From an uncultured Methanoregulaceae archaeon (GTDB taxonomy: Archaea > Halobacteriota > Methanomicrobia > Methanomicrobiales > Methanospirillaceae), in assembly GCA_963737635.1 (NCBI GenBank), contig CAVTTL010000001.1, positions 1,504,001 to 1,568,000 of the forward strand: a stretch of DNA of 64,000 nucleotides, given 5' to 3'. Under the pieces are notes generated by a model that worked only from the letters and a program-made list of their open reading frames with translations, ran no database searches and had not been told where the DNA came from. How positions within the stretch are numbered: the stretch's first letter is position 1; every line of letters starts with the position of its first letter. Positions 53,750-64,000 of this stretch are shown here, piece by piece. Made by a program: the position numbers and the translations under genes.

Positions 53750-55900
53750 TTATTTCAACCCCTTATATCTCCCTTTAGGCACCACAATTTCAAAGCGCAA
53801 TCCGTGTCCGCGCTCCCCTGTTTCTGTGATGATGATGCCGGTAAAGCCGAGCAGCTCGCGGATCAAGAAGAGACCGACAATATTTTCGTGGCTGTATTCA
53901 ACTTCAAAGATGTGCTCTTTCTCGCCCACCGGCAGACCTGAACTGTCATCCTCATAGATCAACGTAAGATTCCCGTTGTCCTGTCGGGCAGTCATCCGAA
54001 TTGTCGAAAGTGCCGGTCCGCCAAGACGGAATGAAAGGGACAGGAGGCTAAAGAAGATTCGGGGGAGTAAAGGATCGGCCAAGATCTCTATTTCACCGAC
54101 TCCGGCGCTGATATCAACCGTATGTTCGGGAAGCATCTGGATCGCTTCTGCAAATACCTGATTCACTGACTGCCATCTGGGTGAGATGACACCGGGGTCC
54201 TGGAGGGCACGTTCGAACGCGATCCGGTTCTTTATGGATTCTACCGATCCAATGGTCTTGTCAAAGAACATCTGCATCGCTTCGTGAGTGGTTTTCAGCT
54301 GGGCCCTTTCAAGGTAAGTCATGATGATCGCCAGCTGATCGAGGATATCACTTCGCGTAATGCTGAATATCAGGTCCTTTTTGAGTGTGATCGCTTCATC
54401 TGTCACGTCATCTGCAATACCGAGCATGTATCGTACGGATTTCTTCGAATCATAGATCGGTACGATAATCATATGGATCACACGCTTTTCGCCTTTTTTT
54501 GACGTGATCTTCTTATATTTGATCTCTACGCGTGACGCGAGCGCTTCCGCATCCTCTCTTTTAATCTGTGCGGCCATTGTTGGCGGGAATATTTCTTCAT
54601 CGGTTTTTCCAATTACATCCCTTGCCGGTCGCTCGAAGATTTCCTCACTCGCCCGGTTCCAGAAGATGTAGGTTTCGGTATCTGTCTTTTTAAGAAAAAT
54701 CCCCACGGGTATTTGATCTATGAGATCCCTGTGGAATATTTCTTCATCATTGATCCTCTTTGTTGCGGATTTAAGGGAATCCACCATTCTGTTGATACTC
54801 TTTTCAAGGATCATAAATTCCCGGGCATCTGTGGTGCCGATGCGGTGGTCAAAATCCCCGCCTGAAATAACATCCGCGTCATGGGCTATGTTTTCTATTG
54901 GTTGAGTCATACGGCGGGAAAGTACAAAGGCAAGGATGCATCCAATCCCAAGGGCACATATGCCGAATACGAGATGGATGAAGACAAGGTGATTAAGTTC
55001 ATCCTGAACCCGCCCAGTGTCATACGTGATCATTACAATTCTACTCATGTCGGAGCCATACTGGGGATTATAGAGATCGACAAAAAGATACCGCGTTTCC
55101 GTGTGATTTGTCGGGTCATCTTTTTCCATGCTCGTCCGGCTTGTAATTACCTGCGCGAGAATTGTTTCTGTACTATTGTCCGGCAGGCTGTCATCATTAG
55201 TGTCATGGCCCATCGTGTCAAAGATGCTATAGTGATTAATAAAGGGGTTAAAGGAAACAAACCTACCAATGTTGTCTCTATCATCAAGCCTGAGGTTAGT
55301 AGAATTGAAAGAAGGTGGAGAATATCCAAGTTCCATCACATATTGGTGATCCGGTGTTGACTCGTAGGCATACTTTCGGAATTTGCCTGTATTTGGTATC
55401 TCCCTTACAACACGATCGGGGAAGAAACCTTGCGATAACCTGACCTTTGTCAGGTATGTGTAAAAATAGGGGATGTTCCGGAAATCTTCCCCTTTTTCCG
55501 GAGGATAGGTCGTATAAACAATGACTCCGGATTTATTGATTATATAAATATCATAACCTTCTCCCAGCGACTCTTTCACCTTTGTCAGGTTCATATCTGC
55601 CGGGTTTTCCCCGGAACTGTTGTATTCGGTAAAGAGCGTACCAAAACCGCCCATCATCTGTCGGTTGAGCTGATCATCCAGAATCGTGGTTGCCAGATCA
55701 TCCAGTCGTAATGCTGCAGTGACGCTGTCTTCTGTCTGATTTTGAAAGACTGTAAATTCAGAGTCGATGTTGTTTTTGAGATTAATATAATCGTAGACCG
55801 TCATGAGGCTGACAAGAAAAATGACTAGGATGATCATGGAAATGAGGAGCGATTGGGAAAAAGAGCGGTTTGTTGCAGGAGTCGGTTTTCCGGGTTCCAT
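53750..55900 (-). CDS. Membrane sensor (TM-extracellular-TM-HAMP-PAS) with a degenerate histidine kinase domain
   Basis: HAMP segment MTQPIENI...GDFDHRI...LEKSINRMV, then a PAS domain. H-box reads SITRSDILDQL and N-box FFSLLSLSFRLG. Confidence 0.88.
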   Translation of the reverse strand: MEPGKPTPATNRSFSQSLLISMIILVIFLVSLMTVYDYINLKNNIDSEFTVFQNQTEDSVTAALRLDDLATTILDDQLNRQMMGGFGTLFTEYNSSGENPADMNLTKVKESLGEGYDIYIINKSGVIVYTTYPPEKGEDFRNIPYFYTYLTKVRLSQGFFPDRVVREIPNTGKFRKYAYESTPDHQYVMELGYSPPSFNSTNLRLDDRDNIGRFVSFNPFINHYSIFDTMGHDTNDDSLPDNSTETILAQVITSRTSMEKDDPTNHTETRYLFVDLYNPQYGSDMSRIVMITYDTGRVQDELNHLVFIHLVFGICALGIGCILAFVLSRRMTQPIENIAHDADVISGGDFDHRIGTTDAREFMILEKSINRMVDSLKSATKRINDEEIFHRDLIDQIPVGIFLKKTDTETYIFWNRASEEIFERPARDVIGKTDEEIFPPTMAAQIKREDAEALASRVEIKYKKITSKKGEKRVIHMIIVPIYDSKKSVRYMLGIADDVTDEAITLKKDLIFSITRSDILDQLAIIMTYLERAQLKTTHEAMQMFFDKTIGSVESIKNRIAFERALQDPGVISPRWQSVNQVFAEAIQMLPEHTVDISAGVGEIEILADPLLPRIFFSLLSLSFRLGGPALSTIRMTARQDNGNLTLIYEDDSSGLPVGEKEHIFEVEYSHENIVGLFLIRELLGFTGIIITETGERGHGLRFEIVVPKGRYKGLK

Positions 55901-56103
55901 GGATGTCGTCCTGGAGGCAGGGATTCGTAATCTGAAAAGGTATCAATAAATGAATCGCTCATCAGATGTGATAAAGATACGTAATTGATATTTCGGGACC
56001 GGAGGATTAAAGTAAAAAGGGGCAATCCCTTACTTACTGCAAAAAATTCAAGCCTTTGAGGTCGGGATGGTACTAAATTATTGATGGATACATATCAGGA
56101 TAA

Positions 56104-56706
56104 TTATTTTAACGCCGCTTCCATCGCTTCTTTGACGTGTTCATCGATCTCGTTGGCAAGAGCCTCCTTGATGGCTGCCAGTACCTTCTTTCCACCGATT
56201 GCAGACAGCGCTTTTGTTGTCATTATCCGTACTACCGGGTTATCGTCTTTTAAGAGAATTATCAACGGATCGACCGCTGAGGAATCCCCTAGCCCCGTCA
56301 GACCCTTCGCTGCCATATATCTCACGTGATCGCGGCTGTCCTGAAGCCCCTGAACGAGAGGTTTTATGGCCTTCTCATCGGCGAGTTTCCCGAGGGCTTC
56401 TGCTGCACGGTATCGGGTCTCCCATTTGGGATCTTTCATTGCGCCAGCGAGCGGTTCTATTGCAGCCTTACCTGTAGCAACAAGCGCAAGCATTGCCTGT
56501 TCCCGTACGGATTTGTCCACATCTCCGAGTGCTTCAATTAAGGGTCTGATGGCCTGGGGAGTTTTTGCATTTCCCAGCTGGTACGCAGCGTACCTTCTGA
56601 AGGCGGGCTCAGTATTGTTATGCAACGTACTGATCAGGATGTCAATACCTTGTTTCTCAAGATTCTCCCACCCGTCTGGGATGGGGGGCGCGTTTGTATC
56701 TGTCAT
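56104..56706 (-). CDS. HEAT/PBS-lyase repeat protein
   Basis: Repeated R..AA.ALG.L....AI.PLI..L.D units. Confidence 0.92.
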   Translation of the reverse strand: MTDTNAPPIPDGWENLEKQGIDILISTLHNNTEPAFRRYAAYQLGNAKTPQAIRPLIEALGDVDKSVREQAMLALVATGKAAIEPLAGAMKDPKWETRYRAAEALGKLADEKAIKPLVQGLQDSRDHVRYMAAKGLTGLGDSSAVDPLIILLKDDNPVVRIMTTKALSAIGGKKVLAAIKEALANEIDEHVKEAMEAALK

Positions 56707-56879
56707 GATGTGACCTCAGTGACTACTATGCTCATGTAAAGATTAAAAACGATTTCTTCCAGTGGGAATCTAATGATGGAGAAATAATGGAAACTGCATA
56801 AATACGAAAATGATGGCGGATTTGAAATAAGTCGTTCTCGTCCCTGTGTTGTTTGTAAAAAAGGAAGAAACCAGCGCGG

Positions 56880-58352
56880 TCAAACGGAAGCCGAAACGGT
56901 CACTTGTCCATATGACGCGCTTGTGGCGTTAGAGGCAAGATCCTTACCATTCTCATAAATGCCCACGGTCAGCGGATACTTGGAATTGGTAGTATCGTCT
57001 GCCTTCTGGAAGGTTGCTGTCACCATGCCGGTTGCGTTTACGATTTGGTATACCTGGGCTCCCGAAGTTAGGTTCACGTTCGTAGTAATCCCACCGGTAC
57101 TATACGAACCGTTGAAACCACCAAGATAATTGGCGCTGACATACACACCTGTCGTCGGAACAGTAACTGGTGCCTGTGTTGGGACCGTAACTGGGGTGGT
57201 TGAACTACTTGTTGATGTGGTTGTAGTCACAGGGATAGTTGTTGTCGTCGCGATAGTGGATGGACCAGTACCCTGCGATCCCGACAATTTCATTTTTGGA
57301 AGGACGACAACACCTACTGCTGCGACGAGAATGATTACGATGATACAAGTCACCAGAATAATTTTTCTCTTGTTTGAGGGTTTCTTTGGCGGACGTGGGA
57401 CAGCTGTAGGCATAGATGAAGGGACGAGTGGGGTAGGTGGCAGGTCTTTTGGAGAGAAGAGTTTTGGCATGAACCGTTTCTTTGTTGAAGGGGCTGCCGG
57501 GAGGACCGCAGGCATAGTTGTTGAGATTGGCACTTCCGGTTTCAGTGACGTAGGTTCAGAAGATTTGGGGTGGAACGCTTCCGGCATCGATGGAGCAACG
57601 GTGGCGCCCGGCGGGGTTGTTGTCGCCTGGGTTTTGTCTCCGACGAGCTTCTCTTTTTGGGGAATAGGTTCTGGAATAAATGATGGCGGAGCTGAAACCG
57701 GCACCTGAGGAATCCCACCCAGAGGCACAATACGCGTCCCGCAGGTGTTGCAGAATCCGGATCCCTCAGGCACTTTCGTGCCGCACCGGGTGCAATACGT
57801 GCCAAGAACCGTTTCCGGGACGGATGTCGGTGCGGGAGTGGACACCACGGGCTGTAATGATTCAGGATGATTCTCCATGATTTTCTTTTCAGGCTTGGAA
57901 AATTCAAGCGGGCGTTTTGGAGGGACCGGGCTTGTCAGTGCAGCTGCTTTATCCCGCCCTACGGGCTGGTTTTCGATTCCAGGGATTACTTTCCGGATTA
58001 CCTGCTCAAACGAGGGCGTAAGATGTGTCCGGATCTGGCTAACCCATTCATCCCGTTCCTTCGCACGATTTCCCCCGCCCTCCCGGGAGAAAGTGAGCAC
58101 CATTTGTCGCGCTCCACCCGATTTTGTTATAACTCCTAACGTTACGACAAGATCCCTGATAGCGTTCTCTCCGGGTTCAATAGACTGAATGGTGGCAAGC
58201 GGAATCTCCTTTGGCGGCAGGAGGTTTTTTAATCTGTCAATAAGGATAATTCGTTTGTTAGTGAGGATCGCTTCAAAAGAGATCGATTTTACATGGACCC
58301 CTTGGGTTCGGATAAGTATCTGCTCATCACTCTGGAGCTCTGGATCGTCCAT
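56880..58352 (-). CDS. PH-like domain / zinc-ribbon / Pro-rich / single-TM protein with extracellular domain
   Basis: EAILTNKRIILID (bPH-like), CTRCG...FCNTCG zinc ribbon, KRK followed by a TM, Thr-rich linker. Confidence 0.85.
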   Translation of the reverse strand: MDDPELQSDEQILIRTQGVHVKSISFEAILTNKRIILIDRLKNLLPPKEIPLATIQSIEPGENAIRDLVVTLGVITKSGGARQMVLTFSREGGGNRAKERDEWVSQIRTHLTPSFEQVIRKVIPGIENQPVGRDKAAALTSPVPPKRPLEFSKPEKKIMENHPESLQPVVSTPAPTSVPETVLGTYCTRCGTKVPEGSGFCNTCGTRIVPLGGIPQVPVSAPPSFIPEPIPQKEKLVGDKTQATTTPPGATVAPSMPEAFHPKSSEPTSLKPEVPISTTMPAVLPAAPSTKKRFMPKLFSPKDLPPTPLVPSSMPTAVPRPPKKPSNKRKIILVTCIIVIILVAAVGVVVLPKMKLSGSQGTGPSTIATTTTIPVTTTTSTSSSTTPVTVPTQAPVTVPTTGVYVSANYLGGFNGSYSTGGITTNVNLTSGAQVYQIVNATGMVTATFQKADDTTNSKYPLTVGIYENGKDLASNATSASYGQVTVSASV

Positions 58353-58609
58353 TTTTTACCACCCACTATACTTTCAACCGTGGGATGTTTGCCGAGAAAA
58401 AGATATTTGTCGCTCCAAACTCTGAAATGACAACAACTGCTTCTCTCTTGTCGGGGAAAAGCCATCGAATCGGGCATAGCGGGCAAGCTCCTGTTCTGGC
58501 GGAATCAGATGAATGCGGTAATCAACATCAAACATCGCAATACTACCTGAATGATTGTTGATCGGTAATTCCCGGCAAGCATATTATCTGCTATTGTCAA
58601 TCGTACATT

Positions 58610-59246
58610 ATGCGTACGGCATCTGCTGTCCTCGGGACGATTCTTGTGGCAGTGCTGCTCAGTGCCGGTTGCCTTTCTGCAATTTTCCCGTATCCTTCGG
58701 CATCTGCACCAGTCGAGACACCTACTGTAACTCCAGTGCCGACAACAGAAAACCCTTTTTCAACGGTCCCTGTATCGCAGATGGCACTCCAGCCATCAGA
58801 TATGCCGTCGGATTATATCCTTAGGGATCGATCAGACATTTCCTACTTGGAGATGGATCAGATATCCCACACTCTTGGTTGGAAAGCCGGATATACCGTC
58901 TCCTATTACCGGTTGAACCCGCAACAATACGATTTGACCGAAGTAAGTCAAGTCATTGATCTTTACCCCCTTGCAAACATGAACGAAGTATTCAACGTTG
59001 AAGAGGATGCGATTACTTCCCTAGAAAACGGCACAACCCAGATTTACCAACTTCCCTGTCCAAATATGGGTGAACAAACCTATGCGTATCGCGAAACTGA
59101 TTCCCGGAATTCTCCGTTAACAACGACATATTCGATTATCTTTGTCAACAAGGATATTTATGAAAAATTGACAATGAGCGGAACAACAACGGATTTTGAA
59201 ACATTAAAAGAACTGGCCCAGATCTCAGGCAGATAAGATCCAATAG
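58610..59246 (+). CDS. Predicted lipoprotein
   Basis: Lipobox-like LSAGC and motif MALQPSDMPSDY. The track stop is 59236; the probable true end is SADKIQ* at 59246 after removing one base. Confidence 0.8.
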
Positions 59247-59342
59247 AAGTTCGAAATGTCAGGTGTATATGCCGACCACGGATTTCCGCATCATCCCTTT
59301 AGATAGTACGGATGTGTTCAAGGATTGCAGGAGGAAATGCTA

Positions 59343-59813
59343 ATGACGTTTACTTGCCGGCAATGCGGATCCTGCTGTATGTATCTTGGTGATTATATTA
59401 TCATTGTTCACCAGACCGGCCCCTTTGAGTTTGCATGTGAATCTGTGTCTACCGGGACCCAATTCACTGCATGCGTGGATGAGGATAAGCGAAAGATATT
59501 TTGTGATTGGTCCTTTCCCAATGAGCATCCTCATGCCTGTCGTTTTCTCCGTCCTGAAGGTAATCTTCTGCGATGTACTATTCACAGGGACAGTCCGGGA
59601 CCATGCAAATTCTACCGCTGTGTCCTCATGCGGATCGTGGATTCAGGAGGAGCTGTCCTTGGTTTGGTAACCGGAACGCTTAACTTGCACTCAGATGATC
59701 CCAGACTACGAGCAATCTGGGAAGAGGCGAAAAAAAGTATCCCGGAATCCTCTCCCGATGCCGAAGAACGTCTCTGTCGCTATCTCACTGAGCGCGGGTA
59801 CCATATGAGATAA
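59343..59813 (+). CDS. YkgJ family Cys-cluster (Zn/Fe-chelating) protein
   Basis: Motifs FTCRQCGSCC, CRFL and CTIHRDSPGPCKFY. Confidence 0.88.
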   Translation: MTFTCRQCGSCCMYLGDYIIIVHQTGPFEFACESVSTGTQFTACVDEDKRKIFCDWSFPNEHPHACRFLRPEGNLLRCTIHRDSPGPCKFYRCVLMRIVDSGGAVLGLVTGTLNLHSDDPRLRAIWEEAKKSIPESSPDAEERLCRYLTERGYHMR

Positions 59814-60122
59814 AGGAAAAACCCTTCTTTAGTCCCACCCTGATTTTCCCTGTCTTCATATGATGGGCCTCTTATTCTTGTTGATATTGAACAAGTATTT
59901 GCTCGAAAGATCTATATTAGAGCGATATACGGATCAGCGGGACAAGTGGATTTAATGAGTGTTTCTCATGTCGTTATGGATATATTAAAAAACATAAAAA
60001 AGAATAATCGTCTGTACTGGTGTTCTTAGGGATCTTCCCTGTTCATGAGATGAACCGGACGCAGGATTACTGTGTCCAAGAGAAAAAAGAACTCTGACCA
60101 ACCATTTTAAATTTACCGGTAA

Positions 60123-61049
60123 ATGAGCTCAGCTCTTGATTATTACAATGAAGGAATTGCTCGGGGAAGGGAGGGCAGGCACGACGAGGCCCTCCGCTTA
60201 TTCACCCTTTCACTCACCATAAACCCGTTACTTGCAACTGCGTGGGCTGGTCGGGGTTTCGCGTTAGGGAAAATGGGACGGTTCGAAGAAGAGATCGAAT
60301 GTTGCGATCAAGCGATTAGTATTGATCCTGCGTGTATAGGTGCCTGGAATTACAAAGCCTTTGCGCTGGGGAAACTTGGCAGGTTAGAGGAAAAAATTAC
60401 CTGCTGTGATCGGGCACTCGCACTCGATCCAAACAATTCAGCTGCATGGAATAACAAAGGTGTCGCTCTTGGGATGCTGGGAAGATATGATGCAGAGATC
60501 CGGTGTTGCGACCGTGCGCTTCAGTTACGAAGCCGGTATCTCTCGGCGTGGGTAAACAAGGGTTATGCACTTGGGAAACTGAAACGATACGATGAGGAGA
60601 TTTCCTGTTATGACAGGGCCCTAAAAATTTACCCTTTCTATTTCTCTGCACTTTATAATCGTGGAATTGCCTTTATTAACCAAAAAAGGTATCAAGATGC
60701 GCTTGAAACTTTGGATTGTGCGCTTGGTATCAATCCCCTTCACCCGCAGACACTTTACCGGAAAGGTCTGGCACTCTCAAAGATAGGCTCACATGAAGAG
60801 GCAATTCACTGCCTTGAGCAAGCGCTTTCGATCGATCCTACAATGGCCGATGCTTGGGTAGTTTTGAGCAACTCCTGCTTTGCGCTGGGGAGGCTTGAAG
60901 ATTCGGCCCGCGCTTTTGACCAGGCCTATTATATCGATATTCATGATGTGCGGACCGGAATGGTGAAAGGACTTTCTCTATTCAAGGCAAAAAAATTTGA
61001 CGACGCCCTCCATTCTTTCTCTGAAGTGCTCGGTATCCTGCGCCGGTAG
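60123..61049 (+). CDS. TPR repeat protein
   Basis: About eight TPRs of type AWxxKGxALGKLGR.EEI.C.DRAL. Confidence 0.93.
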   Translation: MSSALDYYNEGIARGREGRHDEALRLFTLSLTINPLLATAWAGRGFALGKMGRFEEEIECCDQAISIDPACIGAWNYKAFALGKLGRLEEKITCCDRALALDPNNSAAWNNKGVALGMLGRYDAEIRCCDRALQLRSRYLSAWVNKGYALGKLKRYDEEISCYDRALKIYPFYFSALYNRGIAFINQKRYQDALETLDCALGINPLHPQTLYRKGLALSKIGSHEEAIHCLEQALSIDPTMADAWVVLSNSCFALGRLEDSARAFDQAYYIDIHDVRTGMVKGLSLFKAKKFDDALHSFSEVLGILRR

Positions 61050-61109
61050 CATCTGTTTTTGGAAAGGGCATAATGGAGGTATTTATGGCTCAGGGACGAA
61101 TACGGATAC

Positions 61110-62444
61110 ATGGATGTTGAGGAATATGCCAGAAGACATCTTGCAGCCGGTGAAGACGAAGATACTGTTGTACAACATCTCATCGAATATATTTCGGAAA
61201 TAAAACAAGCCCCACTTTCGTATAAGAATGCCTTTGCGCGGGCAGTTGTAAAAGAAGTCAAAAACACACAGGGGCTATCCGGGGATTTTTTCTCGTTCGA
61301 ACCTGCACGAGTCAAGATGGGAGAGTTCGGCGTCGGTTCCCGGGGAAAAGGTGATTTTTTTGCTCACCGGGAGATCGCCCGAATCATCGGAAAGACACGG
61401 GCCTCGGTTGGAGTAGACGAGATGGACGATGCAGGAGTTGTCAGAGCTTGTGGGGAGTACATGGTCTGCACCGTTGACGGGATGCATTCACGGCTCTCTG
61501 ATTACCCATATCTTGCCGGTTTTCATGTGACCCGTGCTACGCTGCGGGATCTCTATGTGATGGGTGCAACACCGGTTATGCTCTTTTCTGACATCCATGT
61601 AGCCGATGATGGGGATGTGGCAAAAATATTCGATTATACGGCAGGGATAACGACTGTAGGTGAAATGATGGATGTGCCTCTCGTCACCGGTTCCACACTC
61701 CGTATCGGCGGAGATATGGTTCTGGGCAACCGGCTGACTGGTTGCGTCGGGGCAGTCGGCGTGGCTCGTCATCTGACGGCCCGGAAATCGACCCAGCCTG
61801 GCGACGTGCTGCTGATGACCGAAGGTGCAGGAGGCGGGACGATTGCGACAGCTGCTATCTATTCCGGGTTTCCTGATGTCGTCGAAGAGACAATCAACCT
61901 CAATTTTCTTATTACCTCTGAGGCCCTCATCAAAAACCCGGTCTTCGATCAGATCCACTCTATGACCGATGTGACTAACGGAGGCCTCCGGGGGGACATC
62001 TTCGAAATGGCAGAGACTGCCCGGTGCCGGATGGTGGTGAGAGAAGAAGATACGCTCCCCCTCGTTAATCCAAAAGTGCGAAAGATGCTTGAGGTACTTG
62101 AGATCGATTACCTCGGTGTTTCTCTCGATGCACTCCTTATAGTAGCCCCGGAATCGTTTGCAGCTGAGATTATTCGGGTCATCCAATCGACCGGCGTAAA
62201 CTGTCGTGAAATTGGAATGGTGGAAAAAGGAAAACCGGCATCAGTGCTGGTGACTAATGGAAAGGAACATGATTTCCAGCCCCGTTTCCGTGAGTCTGCA
62301 TATACCCCTGTTAAAAAAGTAGTTGACGCAGAGGCGACGGATTTCGAGGAGATGAAAAAGGGGGTTCTGCGGGCATCTCAAGCTGCAATCGCAAAAAAGG
62401 AACGGGTGCTTGCGCGGTTGAGGGAAAAAGGGAAATCCGTATAA
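61110..62444 (+). CDS. AIR synthase/HypE-like (PurM superfamily) protein conserved in methanogens
   Basis: Motifs GEFGVGSRG.GDF, DDAG, VDGMHSRL, RATLRD and MTDVTNGG. Confidence 0.88.
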   Translation: MDVEEYARRHLAAGEDEDTVVQHLIEYISEIKQAPLSYKNAFARAVVKEVKNTQGLSGDFFSFEPARVKMGEFGVGSRGKGDFFAHREIARIIGKTRASVGVDEMDDAGVVRACGEYMVCTVDGMHSRLSDYPYLAGFHVTRATLRDLYVMGATPVMLFSDIHVADDGDVAKIFDYTAGITTVGEMMDVPLVTGSTLRIGGDMVLGNRLTGCVGAVGVARHLTARKSTQPGDVLLMTEGAGGGTIATAAIYSGFPDVVEETINLNFLITSEALIKNPVFDQIHSMTDVTNGGLRGDIFEMAETARCRMVVREEDTLPLVNPKVRKMLEVLEIDYLGVSLDALLIVAPESFAAEIIRVIQSTGVNCREIGMVEKGKPASVLVTNGKEHDFQPRFRESAYTPVKKVVDAEATDFEEMKKGVLRASQAAIAKKERVLARLREKGKSV

Positions 62445-62510
62445 AAAAATTTGATATTCTGAAGTGAACTGAAGGAATGCAATAATGCAGTTTTGAAAAG
62501 GATTATATGG

Positions 62511-63993
62511 TTACTTCTCTAAAACCTCATTAAATCCTTGCTGACTCGCCTGGGCTTTCTCAATGCAGTGCTGATGCCAGATTTTCAGGGCGAGAAGCGT
62601 ACATGCAATTTCGAATTTTTCCCAGTCAATTACCGATGCATCATCAGGGGATTGGGGATGCCAGCTGAACCCCCCCAGAGTCTTTGTGTTTCTCCTGATC
62701 GGAATGCGTAATAATTCATCATAATTCCTTGAATTATGATCCTGCCGGTCTATATCAGGTTTTTCAAAGGCTAATTGGGAAATTGAGGAGGGCTTATCCA
62801 ATGTTTTTGTTCTGTTATCCATTCCGTCCGGCATTTGTGTCTCACGCCAGCAATACGAACAACGGAATCCCTCCATATCCGGGATATATATGTCCAAAAT
62901 GCATTCATCGGAATTGAGAAGCGGATGCATATGCTCCAAGGCCCAAGGTATCAGTATTGTGCATGATTCCCTCTCGTAAACCTGAAGCCGGGTTAACAGT
63001 TCCCGCAAATACGTATCCCATGCCGAAGGTACATTGTGTGAAGAAGCCGTTTCCGCACGTTTGGGTTTTGTGTTACGGAGCACACCTATCACTGCCCCTG
63101 AGTCCATATAGGGAATCCATCCTAGGTGAAATGAATAGTTCACGGTATTTTCTGTTTCCCTACCTACCAGCATGATTTCGAGAGGTGGTGCGTTCAAACA
63201 GAGTCCTTTTCTGAGGGTTGAAATATATTTTTCGAGCGCAAGAACGGAGGATGCCTGAAAAAACCGTTTGATATTGCGCCCTTTTATTGAATCAAGCGGT
63301 CTTCCGAAAAGCCTCGAAAATGACTGGCTTGCATGGACAATATGCATATCCTGTAAAATAATAATACAGTCATCGGTCGGAAGAGCGCTCTCATCAGGAG
63401 CTGGGATAGGCATCATTCCTCGATCCTGCGGTGCCTTTTTTCCACGAGTGTTTCGAATACACAGCTACAAGTGGTTCCATTCCTTGGAGTGGAATAGGAA
63501 ACGCCCGGTATGCAAGCATCATGGCCTTGTTAGTATCATCCGTTTTTCTTATTTCATAAAGGGACTGTAAGGATCCCGATGCCGTTTTTATCCCTGAAAG
63601 CCACTGAAGGAATTGCTCCGATTCAAGAACTGCCGATATCTCTTGGGGGAAAGGCATATCGTCTGTTTGTTCAGGATTAAGACTGAAAATCGAATTTTTC
63701 TGATAAATTTTGTCAAAAATGAAGACCGAACGCGAAGTATCAAGAATAAGAATGAATTCTTGCATATCGTCTTCATGATGGCCGGACACATCTTTTGGAG
63801 GAAGGTAAAATTTTTTTGCCATCCCATGATGAATCATCGCAACACTGCCCCCCAGTATCATTCCTTCGAGATACTTTGAGAGTGTGTTTCGTGAAATGCC
63901 CGTTATCCGGGCCAGACCGGCGATTGAAATTGGCTTTTTGGTCTCTTTTAAGACGGATGTTATGGTTTCGCGTATTTCGGATGATACTACCAT
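62511..63993 (-). CDS. wHTH-PAS(-GAF-like) one-component regulator; two overlapping ORFs, probably one gene frameshifted near 63460
   Basis: HTH segment ISIAGLARITGISRNTLSKYLE...GMAKKFY. PAS segment IVHASQSFSRLFG...IKGRNI. Confidence 0.72.
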
Positions 63994-64000
63994 TGAATTT

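Overview
This looks like chromosomal DNA from a methanogenic archaeon, most likely Methanomicrobiales (Methanoregula-like). The taxonomic call is an inference from fused Fae-Hps, archaeal-type GlyRS/MetRS, Hef, PKD/PEGA surface proteins and REC-PAS-HisKA kinases. The window holds about 50 protein genes covering housekeeping, Cu/Fe homeostasis, transport, surface proteins and signal transduction. It also has tRNA-Phe(GAA) and an intron-containing tRNA-Trp(CCA) whose intron is a complete box C/D guide RNA targeting C34 and C39 of the same pre-tRNA. I found no rRNA, CRISPR array or intact mobile element, only IS1595-like remnants near 6.4 and 8.45 kb. About 15 genes, including the essential glyS, carry single-base frameshifts. 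These look like long-read errors, and many sit at CCGG or AGCT sites, possibly a footprint of DNA methylation. The most unusual coding features are three apparently catalytically dead enzyme homologues (a histidine kinase, a zincin-like protein beside a TPR gene, and a MetE-core-like protein head-to-head with metG), a coiled-coil/receiver chimera, and two tandem sensor kinase paralogs that share a 24-bp upstream element. I cannot establish a clearly new multi-gene system from the sequence alone.
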